Shown: positions 34,131 to 44,218 of the stretch, piece after piece
How the letters are laid out: every line of letters begins with the position of its first letter
Numbering within the stretch: the first letter of the stretch is position 1
Assembly (NCBI GenBank): GCA_026126065.1
Contig: JAHCJY010000005.1
Location: 125,058-189,057 of the forward strand
Origin: Bauldia sp.
Lineage (GTDB): Bacteria > Pseudomonadota > Alphaproteobacteria > Rhizobiales > Kaistiaceae
Length of the DNA: 64,000 nt
Direction: 5' to 3'
Translations under genes and position numbers: made by a program
The notes under the pieces: model-generated
Database searches by the model: none
Seen by the model: the letters and a program-made list of their open reading frames with translations, nothing else
What the model was told of the DNA's origin: nothing

Positions 34131-35514
34131 CCATTTCGTCGCGGCGCCACCTGCGGCTGGGAGTCCGGATCGTGACGATCTCTTCCGCCACCGTCGGGTG
34201 GAGCGCCATCGTGGCATCGATTCCGGCCTTGGTCGCACCGAGCTTGAGCGCCACGGCCATCAGCTGGATCAGCTCCGGCGCCTCGTCGCCGAGGATATGG
34301 CATCCGAGAATGCGGTCGGTGCCGGCATCGACGATCAGCTTGATGTGGACGCGCTCGTCGCGCCCGGAGAGCTGATTCCGCATCGGGTTGAAGACGGTCT
34401 CGTAGAAATCGAGCGCGGCGTGGTCGCGCTTCGCCTCTTCCTCGGTCAGTCCGACCGCGCCGATCTCCGGGATGCCGAACACGGCATGGGGCACGCCCGA
34501 ATGGTCGACGATCACGTCCTTGCCGCCGAACAGATTGTCCGCGACCGCATGTCCTTCGCGGATCGCGACCGGCGTGAGGTTGATGCGGTTCGAGACGTCG
34601 CCGATGGCGTAGATGTTCGGGACCGAGGTCCGGTGCCTGTCGTCCACGATGATGGCGCCACTGTCGTCAAGGCGGACGCCTGCCTCGGCAAGCCCGATCC
34701 CCCTCGTGTTGGGGGTCCGGCCGATTGCCATCAGCACGTTGTCGGCCTCGATTTCCGCGCCGCCCCGCGTGCGGGCAAGGAGTCCCGCGGACGTGCGCTC
34801 GATCGAGGCGAGACGGTCGCCGAGGCGGATCGTAATCCCGCGTTTCTCCATGGCGGCATGCATCGCGTCCCGGATCGACACGTCGAACGGGCGGAGGATT
34901 TCGTTGCCGCGGTGGAGGATCGTCGTCTCGGCGCCGAGGCCATTCATGATCCCGGCGAATTCGACCGCGACGTAGCCGGCCCCGACGATGAGGATGGCCT
35001 TCGGCAGGGCCGGGAGGTGGAACATCTCGTCCGAACTGATCGCCAGATCGCCGCCTGGAATCCCCGTATCGAGGTTGGGATGCCCGCCCGTGGCAATGAG
35101 GATATTCGCCGCGGTCACTTCCCTGCCGGAAGACACGAGGCGGACGCGGTTGGGCGAGACGAGCACGGCGCGGTCGTGGAGCACCGCAACGCCCGCCGCC
35201 TCGAGGCCGCGGATGTAGGCCGCGTTGATCCGGTCGATCTCGCGGTCCTTGTTCGCGATCAGCTTTGCCCAGTCGAAGGTCGGTTCGCCGGGGTCGAAGC
35301 CGTAGCCGACGCTGTCCTCGAATGCATCGCGGAAGCGGGCCGCGTAGGCCATCAGCTTCTTCGGCACGCAGCCGCGGATGACGCAGGTCCCGCCGACGCG
35401 GCTCGATTCGGCCAGCGCGACGCGCGCGCCGTGGCGGCCGGAAATGCGGGCGGCCCGGACACCGCCCGAGCCACCGCCGATGACGAAGAGGTCGTAGTCG
35501 AAGGCTTCAGCCAT
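34123..35514 (-). CDS. gor: Glutathione-disulfide reductase
   Basis: ATG at 35514. Motifs seen: FDYDLFVIGGGSGGVRAARI and the redox-active GGTCVIRGCVPKK. The C-terminal HPTVAEE dimerisation motif is present. Confidence 0.85.
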   Translation of the reverse strand: MAEAFDYDLFVIGGGSGGVRAARISGRHGARVALAESSRVGGTCVIRGCVPKKLMAYAARFRDAFEDSVGYGFDPGEPTFDWAKLIANKDREIDRINAAYIRGLEAAGVAVLHDRAVLVSPNRVRLVSSGREVTAANILIATGGHPNLDTGIPGGDLAISSDEMFHLPALPKAILIVGAGYVAVEFAGIMNGLGAETTILHRGNEILRPFDVSIRDAMHAAMEKRGITIRLGDRLASIERTSAGLLARTRGGAEIEADNVLMAIGRTPNTRGIGLAEAGVRLDDSGAIIVDDRHRTSVPNIYAIGDVSNRINLTPVAIREGHAVADNLFGGKDVIVDHSGVPHAVFGIPEIGAVGLTEEEAKRDHAALDFYETVFNPMRNQLSGRDERVHIKLIVDAGTDRILGCHILGDEAPELIQLMAVALKLGATKAGIDATMALHPTVAEEIVTIRTPSRRWRRDEMVS

Positions 35515-35573
35515 GGGCCTCAGATAGGTGCAGGAGAGGCCGCACGGATGCTCCGGCCGCGAAGGGCAGCCAG

Positions 35574-36077
35574 CTAGAAATCGATGTTCTGCGCTTGGAA
35601 CTGCGCCAGCGTGCGCTCCAGCAGTTCGTTGGAAACGCGCTCCGACCATGCCTGCAGCGTCTCGACGGTCTGCTGCATCATCGGCTGGCCCTGGAGGGCG
35701 AGCTTCTGCCCGGCCGGGCTCTGGTAGAACGCGGTGATCTGGCGGAGCTCATCCTCGGTGAAGGTGAGCGCCCAGACCCGCGCGACATCGTTGTTGAGGT
35801 CGAGCCGGCGCTGGACGAGTTCGAGCGCGGCGGCCTGAACGGTCGCGGTGATCTGGCGGTACAGATCCGGCCGCTGCTGCATCAGCACGACTTCCACCTG
35901 GGTGGCCACGTTCGGCAGCACAAGGTCGAAGTCCCGGTCGGTGCCGAGGGCGTGGACTGCCTCCGCGGCCGCCTGGAGGTGGCTGGGGGTGATCTCCTGC
36001 GCGCTGGCCCGGCCGGCCGGCAACGCGGCGATGACCGAAAGGGCGATGGCGCCGATGAGGGCCCGAGCTCTGTTCAT
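35574..36077 (-). CDS. DUF2059 domain-containing periplasmic protein
   Basis: 167 aa with a signal peptide. FTEDELRQITAFYQSPAGQK is characteristic of DUF2059. Confidence 0.65.
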   Translation of the reverse strand: MNRARALIGAIALSVIAALPAGRASAQEITPSHLQAAAEAVHALGTDRDFDLVLPNVATQVEVVLMQQRPDLYRQITATVQAAALELVQRRLDLNNDVARVWALTFTEDELRQITAFYQSPAGQKLALQGQPMMQQTVETLQAWSERVSNELLERTLAQFQAQNIDF

Positions 36078-36086
36078 CCCGTTCTC

Positions 36087-36836
36087 CTAGCGCTGAAGGC
36101 CGGTGGGCTTCAGCCGAATGACGTCGTTCTGCCGCGCGATGACCGCCTCGGTCGCGATACCGAGGAACAGCCCGTGCCCCATAACACCGGCGATCCCGTC
36201 GAGGCCAGCGGCGAGCGCTTCTGGATCGGGAATGCGGCCAAACGATGCGTCGATAATGTAGTGCCCGCCGTCGGTCCTGTACGGATCGGCGCCGGTCTGG
36301 CGCACCTTCATCGGGCCGGCCAGCCCGAGCCTGGCGGCGAGGGCCGCGATGGCGCGTTCCGTGGCGCCGAGGCCGAAGGGGGCGACCTCGATCGGCAGCG
36401 GAAACGCGCCGATCATGTCCACGACCTTCGAATCGTCGGCGATGACGATCATCCGCTTCGACGCGGTCGCCACGATCTTCTCGCGGAGGAGGGCGCCGCC
36501 CCCGCCCTTGACGAGGCGGAGCTGGCTGTCGAGTTCGTCCGCGCCATCGACGGTGACGTCGAGCGCCGGTTCTTCCTCCAGCGTGGCAAGCCGGATGCCC
36601 AGCGAACGCGCAAGGTCGGCCGTCCGCTCGGATGTGGGGACACCGACAATGTCGAGGCCTTCCTTCACCTTTTCGGCGAGTGCGCGGACGAACTGGTCGG
36701 CGGTCGAGCCGGTGCCGAGGCCAAGCTTCATGCCCGAGACGATCCCGTCGAGGGCGGCCACCGCCGCCCGGCGCTTCCTGTCGTCGCCCGACGCGGCTGC
36801 GCTTCCGGGGGAAGCGGCGGGACGGGCGATCTCCAA
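36087..36836 (-). CDS. rpiA: Ribose-5-phosphate isomerase A
   Basis: Motifs seen: [29 protein letters not shown]. Confidence 0.9.
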   Translation of the reverse strand: MEIARPAASPGSAAASGDDRKRRAAVAALDGIVSGMKLGLGTGSTADQFVRALAEKVKEGLDIVGVPTSERTADLARSLGIRLATLEEEPALDVTVDGADELDSQLRLVKGGGGALLREKIVATASKRMIVIADDSKVVDMIGAFPLPIEVAPFGLGATERAIAALAARLGLAGPMKVRQTGADPYRTDGGHYIIDASFGRIPDPEALAAGLDGIAGVMGHGLFLGIATEAVIARQNDVIRLKPTGLQR

Positions 36837-36990
36837 GGCGGGGCTCCATTGCGGCGGCGACGGTCGCGCTGCTTATCACGGGAGGCATGATGGCGCCACA
36901 GCGCCGCGGACGGAGGTTTCGCCGGCCTTCGGCCTTTCATTTCGCGCCATTCTGCTTAGGGTGCGCCCGCTTTCACACCCGGAGCCGACC

Positions 36991-37674
36991 GTGACGCAAC
37001 CCCCGATCCTCGTCCTCGACCTCGACGGCACCCTCGTCGACACCGCGCCCGATCTGATGGCCGCGCTCAATGTGTGCCTGACGCAGGAGGGCCTTCGGAA
37101 CATGACGCTGGAGGAATCGATCTCGATGGTCGGCGCCGGCGCGCGGGCGCTGCTCGAACGCGGCCTCGCCGCGGCGGGCGCGGAGCGCAGCAGCGCCGAG
37201 GTCGATGCGCTGTTCGGCGTGTTCCTCGACCATTATACGGCACACATCGCCGACATGAGCCGGCTCTATCCCGGCGTCATGGACGCGATCGACCATTTCG
37301 CCTCGCGCGGCTGGAAGATCGCGGTCTGCACCAACAAGCTCGAGGGCCTGTCGCGTGCGCTGCTGCGGGCACTGTCGATCGAGGGCCGGTTTGCGGCGGT
37401 CGGCGGAGGCGACACCTTCCCGGTGAAGAAGCCGGACCCGCGCCACCTTCGCGAGACGATCGCGCTCGCCGGCGGCGATCCCGCCCGCGCGGTGATGGTG
37501 GGCGATTCGGAGACCGATATCGCGACGGCAAAGAACGCCGGCATCCCCGTCGTTGCGGTGGACTTCGGCTACACGACCGTCCACGTCCGCGAGTTCGGCC
37601 CGGAGCGGATCATCGGCCACTTCCGCGAACTGCCTGATGCGGTGGCCTCGCTGCCGGGATTCGCCGGCCTCTGA
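36991..37674 (+). CDS. gph: HAD-family phosphoglycolate phosphatase
   Basis: The GTG start at 36991 is preceded by GGAG. Motifs seen: LVLDLDGTLVDT, CTNK, GDSETDIATAKNAG. Confidence 0.8.
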   Translation: MTQPPILVLDLDGTLVDTAPDLMAALNVCLTQEGLRNMTLEESISMVGAGARALLERGLAAAGAERSSAEVDALFGVFLDHYTAHIADMSRLYPGVMDAIDHFASRGWKIAVCTNKLEGLSRALLRALSIEGRFAAVGGGDTFPVKKPDPRHLRETIALAGGDPARAVMVGDSETDIATAKNAGIPVVAVDFGYTTVHVREFGPERIIGHFRELPDAVASLPGFAGL

Positions 37675-37684
37675 GTAAGCTTCT

Positions 37685-40039
37685 CTAGAAGCCGATGCCG
37701 ATGCCGGCGGCGAGGGCGAGCCCGCGGGCGCCGTCGACATTGCCGGCGTCGAGCGAGTAGGTCGCGGCGAGGCGCAGCGTCGACGTGGCGCCGATGCCGA
37801 CCTCGTAGTTGACCCCGAGGTCGAGCTGGCGACCGCCCGGCGCGAGGCTCAGCGTCACCACCTCGGTGGTCACCGCGCCGTCGATCGTGCGCCCGACTGG
37901 CATCCCGATCGCCATCTCGCCGGATGCCACCCGGAGCGGGCGGCTGACCGAGAAGGTAAGGCGGTCGTTGTCGGCGATCACACCGTGCGCGGTGGCGCCG
38001 AGGTTGAAGCCGTTGAAGCCGACCGGACCGATCGAGCGCACGAGGCTGTCGGCGGCAACGCCGAAGGCGTTGGCCAAGCCGACCTCGACATTGGCGAACA
38101 CAGAGAACCGCTCGCCGACCGCGCGCTCATAGCCGAGATGGCCCGCGGTAATCGAAGTGCCGCGCCCAAAATCGAAGGCGTCGTTGCCGACAAGCCCGAG
38201 AAGGGCGCCCTGTTCGATGTTCTGGCTGGCGCCGATGGTGAGATGGCCGCCGAGCGCGTCGAACGTCCGGGCGAGGCCGAAGCCGGCCATGACGTTGTCG
38301 GTTGCCTGCTGGCCGCCGGCATAGGCGAAGGTCGACCAGCCGTCATTGCCCGAGGTCACGTAGGCAGCGTTCCGCGACAGGCCGAGCACCGTGGAGGCGG
38401 CGATCGCATCGCGGCCATAGGCTGCCTCGACCACGCCGCCGCCGGCGAGCGACGGGGCGCCGCCGACCGGATCAAAGTCGCCGGCCCCGACGCGGACGAG
38501 ATCGGTGACCCGCGCAAGCCCGCCGGCGCCGCGATCCCTGACGAGGGCGTCCGCATCGATGACGAAATTGCCGTTGAAGTGGTCGAACACGGTCATCTCG
38601 CGGCCCGCGAGGCCCCGAGCCAGCGCGTCGCCGAACGCGGTGGAGACCGAAACGCCGGCGCTGTCGAGCGGCGCCCGGCGGCCCGTCGCGAGGCTGTCGC
38701 CCATCACGATCGACACCGTGCCGAGCGGCGAGAGGGCGGCCGCAAGGTCGAGGACGCCGTGGCCCCAGATGTTGGAGTAGGCATGCGTGATGCCGCCACC
38801 GAAATCGACCGTTCCGTTGACGGTGACGCCCTCGGCCGCAAACCAGGTGTTGTCGGCCGAGGCGAGGATGCGCGTGGTGATCTCCGCCGGGGAGAGCGTC
38901 GGAAACGCCTGTGCGACGAGGGCGATGCCGCCGGAGACGATCGGGGCCGCGTAGGAGGTGCCGGTGCCGGCGCAATACCGCGACGCCAGCCCTGACCCTA
39001 CACATGTCTGCTTTGTCGGATCGCCGCCTGCGCCGAATGTTGTGCCGTCAGCAGCGATGCAGTAGGGCGCGGCCGGCCCACACCCCGCCGAGACCAACGC
39101 CGCGTAGGTGATTGCCCCGCTGTTGTTCACCTCGAAATAGCCGTTGACCACTGCGATCCACGCTTCATTGAGCGACGTCTGGAAGGTCGGAAGGGCGGCC
39201 AGCACGTCCGTCGGGGCGTCGTTGGACACCGCAAAGACGATGACGCCGGTCTCCTGGAACGCGTCGAGCGCGTCGAGGTAGGCCTGCCATGCGGATGCAC
39301 CACCATATCCGGGAATAACGGCATTCAGGCCCGCGGCGACGGTCGCGCCATTGTTGGCATCCAGATAGTTGTCCAAGGCCTGCGCCGAGACGGGGAAGCC
39401 CCAGGAATTGTTCTGCGCTATCGCACCCATGCCAGCGGCATCGAGCGTGCCTGCAACGACATGGGCGAGGCTGAAGGCACCGTTTGGCTCGAAGGATGTC
39501 AGGTGCAACGAGGCCCTGGGTGCCACGCCGAACATGCCGTTGCCATCCTCGATAGCGGCGATCAGCGAGGCGACGTGCGTGCCGTGGTGTTCCCCCGGCA
39601 GGTTGCCGAACTCGAAGATCGTCTTGCCGTCAAAGGCCTCGTGGTTCGTTCGGAAGCCAATGTCGACGATGGCCACCAGTTGGTCGGTTCCGTCCAGTCC
39701 GGCGGAACGCGCGAGGTGGAGATTCACGAGCGCGTACGGATTGGACTGGGACGCCGGGCAATTGGCCCAGTCGGCGTTGGCGAAGTTGAATTCGTCGTCC
39801 TCGAGATATTGGTCCGCCAGCGTCGGATTGAAGGTGACGTCGTAGGCCATGGCAATCGCGGTGTTGCCGGTCTTCGGCAAGCAACTGGCCGTCCCGCCGC
39901 CACCCCCGCCCCCGCCGCCGCCACCGTTGCAGGCTGCGAGAATCAGGAGGAGCGGTCCCAGCGCCGCAGCGCTGCCAAGGCGGAACACGGAGTGCCCCGA
40001 TCCGGTGCCTGGTCTGTCCTGCCTTGCTCCGATGGCCAT
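37685..40039 (-). CDS. Autotransporter with S8 (subtilisin-like) serine protease passenger, lipobox and Gly11 linker
   Basis: ATG at 40039. The lipobox is LLILAAC, followed by N-G11. The S8 triad contexts are VAIVDIGF, HGTHVASLIAA and GTSYAAPIVSGG. The C-terminal ~280 aa is a beta-barrel ending in GIGIGF. Confidence 0.8.
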   Translation of the reverse strand: MAIGARQDRPGTGSGHSVFRLGSAAALGPLLLILAACNGGGGGGGGGGGTASCLPKTGNTAIAMAYDVTFNPTLADQYLEDDEFNFANADWANCPASQSNPYALVNLHLARSAGLDGTDQLVAIVDIGFRTNHEAFDGKTIFEFGNLPGEHHGTHVASLIAAIEDGNGMFGVAPRASLHLTSFEPNGAFSLAHVVAGTLDAAGMGAIAQNNSWGFPVSAQALDNYLDANNGATVAAGLNAVIPGYGGASAWQAYLDALDAFQETGVIVFAVSNDAPTDVLAALPTFQTSLNEAWIAVVNGYFEVNNSGAITYAALVSAGCGPAAPYCIAADGTTFGAGGDPTKQTCVGSGLASRYCAGTGTSYAAPIVSGGIALVAQAFPTLSPAEITTRILASADNTWFAAEGVTVNGTVDFGGGITHAYSNIWGHGVLDLAAALSPLGTVSIVMGDSLATGRRAPLDSAGVSVSTAFGDALARGLAGREMTVFDHFNGNFVIDADALVRDRGAGGLARVTDLVRVGAGDFDPVGGAPSLAGGGVVEAAYGRDAIAASTVLGLSRNAAYVTSGNDGWSTFAYAGGQQATDNVMAGFGLARTFDALGGHLTIGASQNIEQGALLGLVGNDAFDFGRGTSITAGHLGYERAVGERFSVFANVEVGLANAFGVAADSLVRSIGPVGFNGFNLGATAHGVIADNDRLTFSVSRPLRVASGEMAIGMPVGRTIDGAVTTEVVTLSLAPGGRQLDLGVNYEVGIGATSTLRLAATYSLDAGNVDGARGLALAAGIGIGF

Positions 40040-40147
40040 CGTGCCGCCCCGCCGACATGATTCCCTACACGGCCAATGTCTGCCGAGACGCGCGCAAGTC
40101 AATTGCCGCTGCAACGCGGTGTGAAGTCGGGATGAATCGCGGGGAAA

Positions 40148-40222
40148 TGGTGGACGCGACAGGGATTGAACCTGTGACCCCTCCCGTGTGAAGGGAGTGC
40201 TCTCCCGCTGAGCTACGCGTCC
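40148..40222 (-). tRNA. tRNA-Val (anticodon CAC), CCA encoded
   Basis: Manual cloverleaf: acceptor GGACGCG/CGCGTCC, D stem GCTC/GAGC, anticodon stem CTCCC/GGGAG with loop TTCACAC, T stem ACAGG/CCTGT with loop TTCAATC, discriminator A, then CCA. Confidence 0.9.
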
Positions 40223-40446
40223 GGGCCGGTTCGGCCAAGGCGGCGATTTAGGGTGGGCGGGGTACCTCAGTCAAGGAAGGAGAGGTTGCGGCGGCTTGCA
40301 CCGTTTGTGCGGCGCCGATGGCGAGCTTTCGGAAAGCGCCCACGCGACGGAAGGTCTACCGGAGCCCAAGGGGCGTTCCGGATCGTAGATCGTCCGGATC
40401 GCCAAGTTTCCCGTGCTGAATGACCTGCGCGGGAATCACTTATCAG

Positions 40447-40466
40447 TCCCCGGCGGCCGCCGGGGA
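40447..40466 (-). terminator. Perfect 20-nt palindrome downstream of the small ORF (candidate terminator hairpin)
   Basis: tccccggc ggcc gccgggga lies 8 nt after the TGA of the 47-codon ORF. There is no clear U-tract. Confidence 0.3.
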
Positions 40467-40474
40467 AGTAATCG

Positions 40475-40618
40475 TCACCGGCGCTGGAAGTCGTTCGGCC
40501 GCGAGCGACGGACGCGGGCAAGCGAGCGCTGGCCGTCGGCGTTGTGATAGAGCAACGCCGCCGAGATCACGCAGGACGTCAGGAACAGAACCACGCTCAG
40601 AACCAGCATCGTCGTCAT
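40475..40618 (-). CDS. Candidate 47-aa single-pass membrane protein (below the ORF-track size cutoff)
   Basis: GGAGG sits 7 nt upstream of ATG 40618. The translation is MTTMLVLSVVLFLTSCVISAALLYHNADGQRSLARVRRSRPNDFQRR, a hydrophobic helix with a basic tail. Confidence 0.35.
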   Translation of the reverse strand: MTTMLVLSVVLFLTSCVISAALLYHNADGQRSLARVRRSRPNDFQRR

Positions 40619-40906
40619 CTTGCGCCTCCGTAACCAACCGTCCGCATTTCAACATGCGGTGTCGGGATTGGTTCCGACCTTTCGATTTGACGAAAATGCA
40701 CCGCGATGTCTGAACGTGCGGTGAACCAGGCCGGTGCGGAATGCCCATCGGCGTGAGGCCGAAGCGCTTCCCTGCACGTTGTGGAATCCAGCATCGATAA
40801 GGGTTCGCGCCCCGATCCGGCGAGGGTAGGCGCGTCGCCGCGCGAACCCTTCGTTAACCATAAGTTTGCATCTTCGGCCGGATTGGGAATTTCGGATGCG
40901 GCCAAC

Positions 40907-41818
40907 ATGACCGAAGGACGTGGGCACATCGCCTGGCGGCCGCGCCAGACGGCTTTCGCGAATGGCCGCGGGGTCGCGACGCCGGTCCGGGCGTGCCGGA
41001 TCCCGGTCGTCGCGGCGGCGCTCGCCCTCGCCGGTTGCGCCTCGATGCCGCCCGCAATGCTCCTGAGCGCGAGCGAGGCCACGCTGGTTCCGTCGGAGCA
41101 GGCCTTTGCCGTCCCCGCCCCGAGCGGACCGGCGGTGATCTCGGTTGTCCAGCGCCGTCACATCAATGCGATGGAGCAGGAGATCGTCCTTGCCCAGTCC
41201 TCGAACCGCGAGGGGCAGAACTTCATCCGGATCCAGCTCTTCGGCGAGGCGCCGTTCCGGATGGCGGAGCACGCCACGCTCGACAACAACCTCCTCGACC
41301 TCGGCGAACTGTACCGCGAGATGGACGAGGCGATCCCCGATGTCGGCATGACGGTGTCGCCGTACTTCGTGCAGAACAAGTACGGCGCGTTCGGCTATGC
41401 TGTCGGCTACTACAGCAACGATTTGTGTCTCTACGCCTGGCAGCGCATCGGCGAGGCGAGCACGCGGCTCGAGGACGACAGCCAGGACGCCGCCATCGGC
41501 CTCCGCCTCCGCCTCTGCAAGACCGGCGCGACCGAGGCGCAGCTCATCGAGGTCATGTACGACCTCACGCTCACGACCTACTACAGCGGCGAGTGGGCGC
41601 CCTTCGGCACCGGTATCCTCGACGTCATTCCGCTCCAGGAAATCCGTCCGCCGCGCGCCGTGCTCGAACGGCCGACCGCCCCCCGGACCACCAGCACCGC
41701 AACCGCCACGGCACCACCCGTCATCGTTCCGACCGGCCCCGCGGTGCCGCTGCCTCCGGGCGCCACCGGCGGCGGCACGGGCACGCCGACCGGCCCGACC
41801 GTCCCTTTGCCGCCCTAG
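40907..41818 (+). CDS. bcsN: Cellulose biosynthesis lipoprotein BcsN-like
   Basis: The lipobox is VAAALALAGCAS. It lies immediately upstream of bcsA, as in alphaproteobacterial type III bcs loci. The C-terminal tail is Pro/Thr/Gly-rich. The family call rests on context plus recollection. Confidence 0.5.
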   Translation: MTEGRGHIAWRPRQTAFANGRGVATPVRACRIPVVAAALALAGCASMPPAMLLSASEATLVPSEQAFAVPAPSGPAVISVVQRRHINAMEQEIVLAQSSNREGQNFIRIQLFGEAPFRMAEHATLDNNLLDLGELYREMDEAIPDVGMTVSPYFVQNKYGAFGYAVGYYSNDLCLYAWQRIGEASTRLEDDSQDAAIGLRLRLCKTGATEAQLIEVMYDLTLTTYYSGEWAPFGTGILDVIPLQEIRPPRAVLERPTAPRTTSTATATAPPVIVPTGPAVPLPPGATGGGTGTPTGPTVPLPP

Positions 41819-41935
41819 GCGCGCGCGACATTTCGACCGGGAATGAGAATGCCTGCTTAACCCGCTGATAGCAGCCGCTGATCAATACTTGCACTTCACT
41901 GCCGGCGCTTGTGCCCGGCCGAACCAGCCGGTCCG

Positions 41936-44218
41936 ATGCCAAAGCAGATCGTCATAGCCCTCTGGGGCGTCATCGCCGGCGCGGTGCTGATCCTCATCAC
42001 GCTGCCGATCAGCCTGCAGACGCATCTCATCGCCGGCACGGCGGCGGTGCTTGCGATGATGGTCCTGAAGCTGTTCCGGGCGCAGGGGATCGGCCGCCTC
42101 ATCGCGCTCGCGCTCGGCACGTCGATCGTGCTGCGCTACGTGTTCTGGCGCACCACCAGCACGCTGCCGCCGATCAACCAGCCGGAGAACTTCATCCCCG
42201 GCCTCCTGCTCTATCTCGCCGAAATGTACTCGGTGATGATGCTGTTCCTGTCGCTGTTCGTCGTGATGATGCCGCTGCCGTCGCGGAAGGCGCCGCCGAT
42301 CAGGAAGGGCCAGGAGCCGACGGTCGACGTCTTCATCCCGACCTACAACGAAGACCTCTCGCTGCTGGCGACCACGATGGCCGCGGCAAAGGCGATGGAC
42401 TACCCCGAGGACAGGTTCACCGTCTGGCTGCTCGACGACGGCGGCACGGAGCAGAAGCGCAACTCCGACAAGGCGGAGGACGCCGTGGCGGCCCAGGGCC
42501 GTCATGCCGCGTTGCAGGCCCTGTGCGCCTCGCTCGGCGTCCGCTACCTCACCCGCGCGCAAAACCTGCACGCCAAGGCCGGCAACCTCAACAACGGCCT
42601 GGAACACTCGACCGGCGACCTCATCGCCGTCTTCGACGCCGACCATGCGCCGGCCCGCGATTTCCTGCAGCAGACCGTCGGCTATTTCGCGGAGGACCCG
42701 AAGCTCTTCCTCGTCCAGACACCGCACTTCTTCCTCAATCCCGACCCGCTCGAGCGGAACCTCCAGACGTTCGAGCGGATGCCGTCCGAGAACGAGATGT
42801 TCTACGGCGTCATCCAGCGCGGCCTCGACAAATGGAATGCCTCATTCTTCTGCGGCTCGGCCGCCGTGCTGGCGCGGAAGGCGCTCAACCAGACCAAGGG
42901 CTTTGCCGGCAAGAGCATCACCGAGGACTGCGAGACCGCGCTCGGTCTCCACGCCACCGGCTGGAACTCGGTCTACGTCGACAAGCCGCTGATCGCCGGC
43001 CTCCAGCCCGCGACCTTCACCAGCTTCATCGGCCAGCGCAGCCGCTGGGCGCAGGGGATGATGCAGATCCTCCGCTTCAACTTCCCGCTGTTCAAGCGCG
43101 GACTGAGCATGGCCCAGCGCCTTTGCTACATGTCCAGCATGATGTTCTGGCTGTTCCCGTTCACGCGCGTAATGTTCCTTATCGCGCCGCTGTTCTACCT
43201 GATCTTCGATCTTGAGATATTCGTGGCCTCGGGCCAGGAGTTCCTTGCCTATACGTCGTCCTACATGATCGTGAACCTGATCATGCAGAACTACCTCTAC
43301 GGCGCCTACCGATGGCCCTGGATCTCGGACCTTTATGAGTACATCCAGTCGATCCATCTCCTGCCGGCGCTCATCTCGGTCATCCGCAATCCGACCAAGC
43401 CGACCTTCAAGGTCACGGCCAAGGACGAGTCGATCGAGAAGGCGCGCATCTCGGAGATCGGGCGGCCGTTCTACATCATCTTCGCCTTCCTCCTTCTGGC
43501 GGTCGCGTTCACCGTCTACCGCGTCATCACCGAGCCCTACCGCGCCGACGTCACGCTCGTGGTGGGCGGCTGGAATCTCCTCAACCTGATGATCGTCGGC
43601 TGTGCGCTCGGCGTCGTGTCCGAGCGCAGCGAGCGCCAGCGCACGCGCCGCATTCCGATCCAGCGCCGGGCCGAGTTCTTCTTCAACAACGAGTGGCGGC
43701 CGGCGACCATCGCCGACGTGTCGGTCCACGGCGCCCGCATCCAGGTCGTCGGCGTCGACGACAGCGAACTCCGCGGCATCGTCGAGGGGGCGGTTCGTTT
43801 CACGCCGTACAGCGAGCTGTCGACCAACGTCCTGCCGCTGACGGTCCAGAACATCTCCCGCGACGACAAGGGCATCGCCCTTGGCTGCCGCTTCGCGATC
43901 GCCGAGCCGGTGCACTACCGCCTCGTCGCCGACCTCGTTTTCGCCAATTCCGAGCGCTGGACGGCGATGCAGAAGGCGCGCCGCATCAACATTGGCCTCT
44001 TCCGCGGCACGCTGTGGTTCTACTGGACCGCGCTCTTCCAGACGGGCCGCGGCCTCGGCTACCTCGTCAGGGCCATCGGCAAGCAGCCCGAGCCGGACGT
44101 GACCCGGCTGATCCAGCTCGCCGAGCGGATGCGCCAGGAAGACCAGAAGCCCGGGGCGGGGGCTGCTCCCGTCGCCGCCGGCAATGGCGGCACGCGCGCC
44201 GGCGGGAGCGCGGCGTGA
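41936..44218 (+). CDS. bcsA: Cellulose synthase catalytic subunit BcsA (UDP-forming, c-di-GMP-binding PilZ domain)
   Basis: Motifs seen: DVFIPTYNE, LLDDGG, HAKAGNLN, FDADH, TEDCET, QRSRWAQG. The PilZ motifs are RQRTRR...DVSVHGA. An alternative TTG start lies at 41909. Confidence 0.95.
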   Translation: MPKQIVIALWGVIAGAVLILITLPISLQTHLIAGTAAVLAMMVLKLFRAQGIGRLIALALGTSIVLRYVFWRTTSTLPPINQPENFIPGLLLYLAEMYSVMMLFLSLFVVMMPLPSRKAPPIRKGQEPTVDVFIPTYNEDLSLLATTMAAAKAMDYPEDRFTVWLLDDGGTEQKRNSDKAEDAVAAQGRHAALQALCASLGVRYLTRAQNLHAKAGNLNNGLEHSTGDLIAVFDADHAPARDFLQQTVGYFAEDPKLFLVQTPHFFLNPDPLERNLQTFERMPSENEMFYGVIQRGLDKWNASFFCGSAAVLARKALNQTKGFAGKSITEDCETALGLHATGWNSVYVDKPLIAGLQPATFTSFIGQRSRWAQGMMQILRFNFPLFKRGLSMAQRLCYMSSMMFWLFPFTRVMFLIAPLFYLIFDLEIFVASGQEFLAYTSSYMIVNLIMQNYLYGAYRWPWISDLYEYIQSIHLLPALISVIRNPTKPTFKVTAKDESIEKARISEIGRPFYIIFAFLLLAVAFTVYRVITEPYRADVTLVVGGWNLLNLMIVGCALGVVSERSERQRTRRIPIQRRAEFFFNNEWRPATIADVSVHGARIQVVGVDDSELRGIVEGAVRFTPYSELSTNVLPLTVQNISRDDKGIALGCRFAIAEPVHYRLVADLVFANSERWTAMQKARRINIGLFRGTLWFYWTALFQTGRGLGYLVRAIGKQPEPDVTRLIQLAERMRQEDQKPGAGAAPVAAGNGGTRAGGSAA

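Noticed and set aside
39893-39925. The Gly11-coding tract as a slipped-strand contingency repeat.
   Set aside because: The tract is encoded by mixed GGN codons (ccgccgccacccccgcccccgccgccgccaccg on the plus strand). It is not a pure homopolymer or a perfect trinucleotide repeat, so slippage is less likely.
40148-40222. tRNA-Val as an integration site for the neighbouring autotransporter gene or the bcs operon.
   Set aside because: I found no repeat of the tRNA 3' half (tggtggacgcgacagggattgaacc or its complement) near 37675-37700 or downstream of bcsK. There is no integrase nearby, and GC content is uniform.
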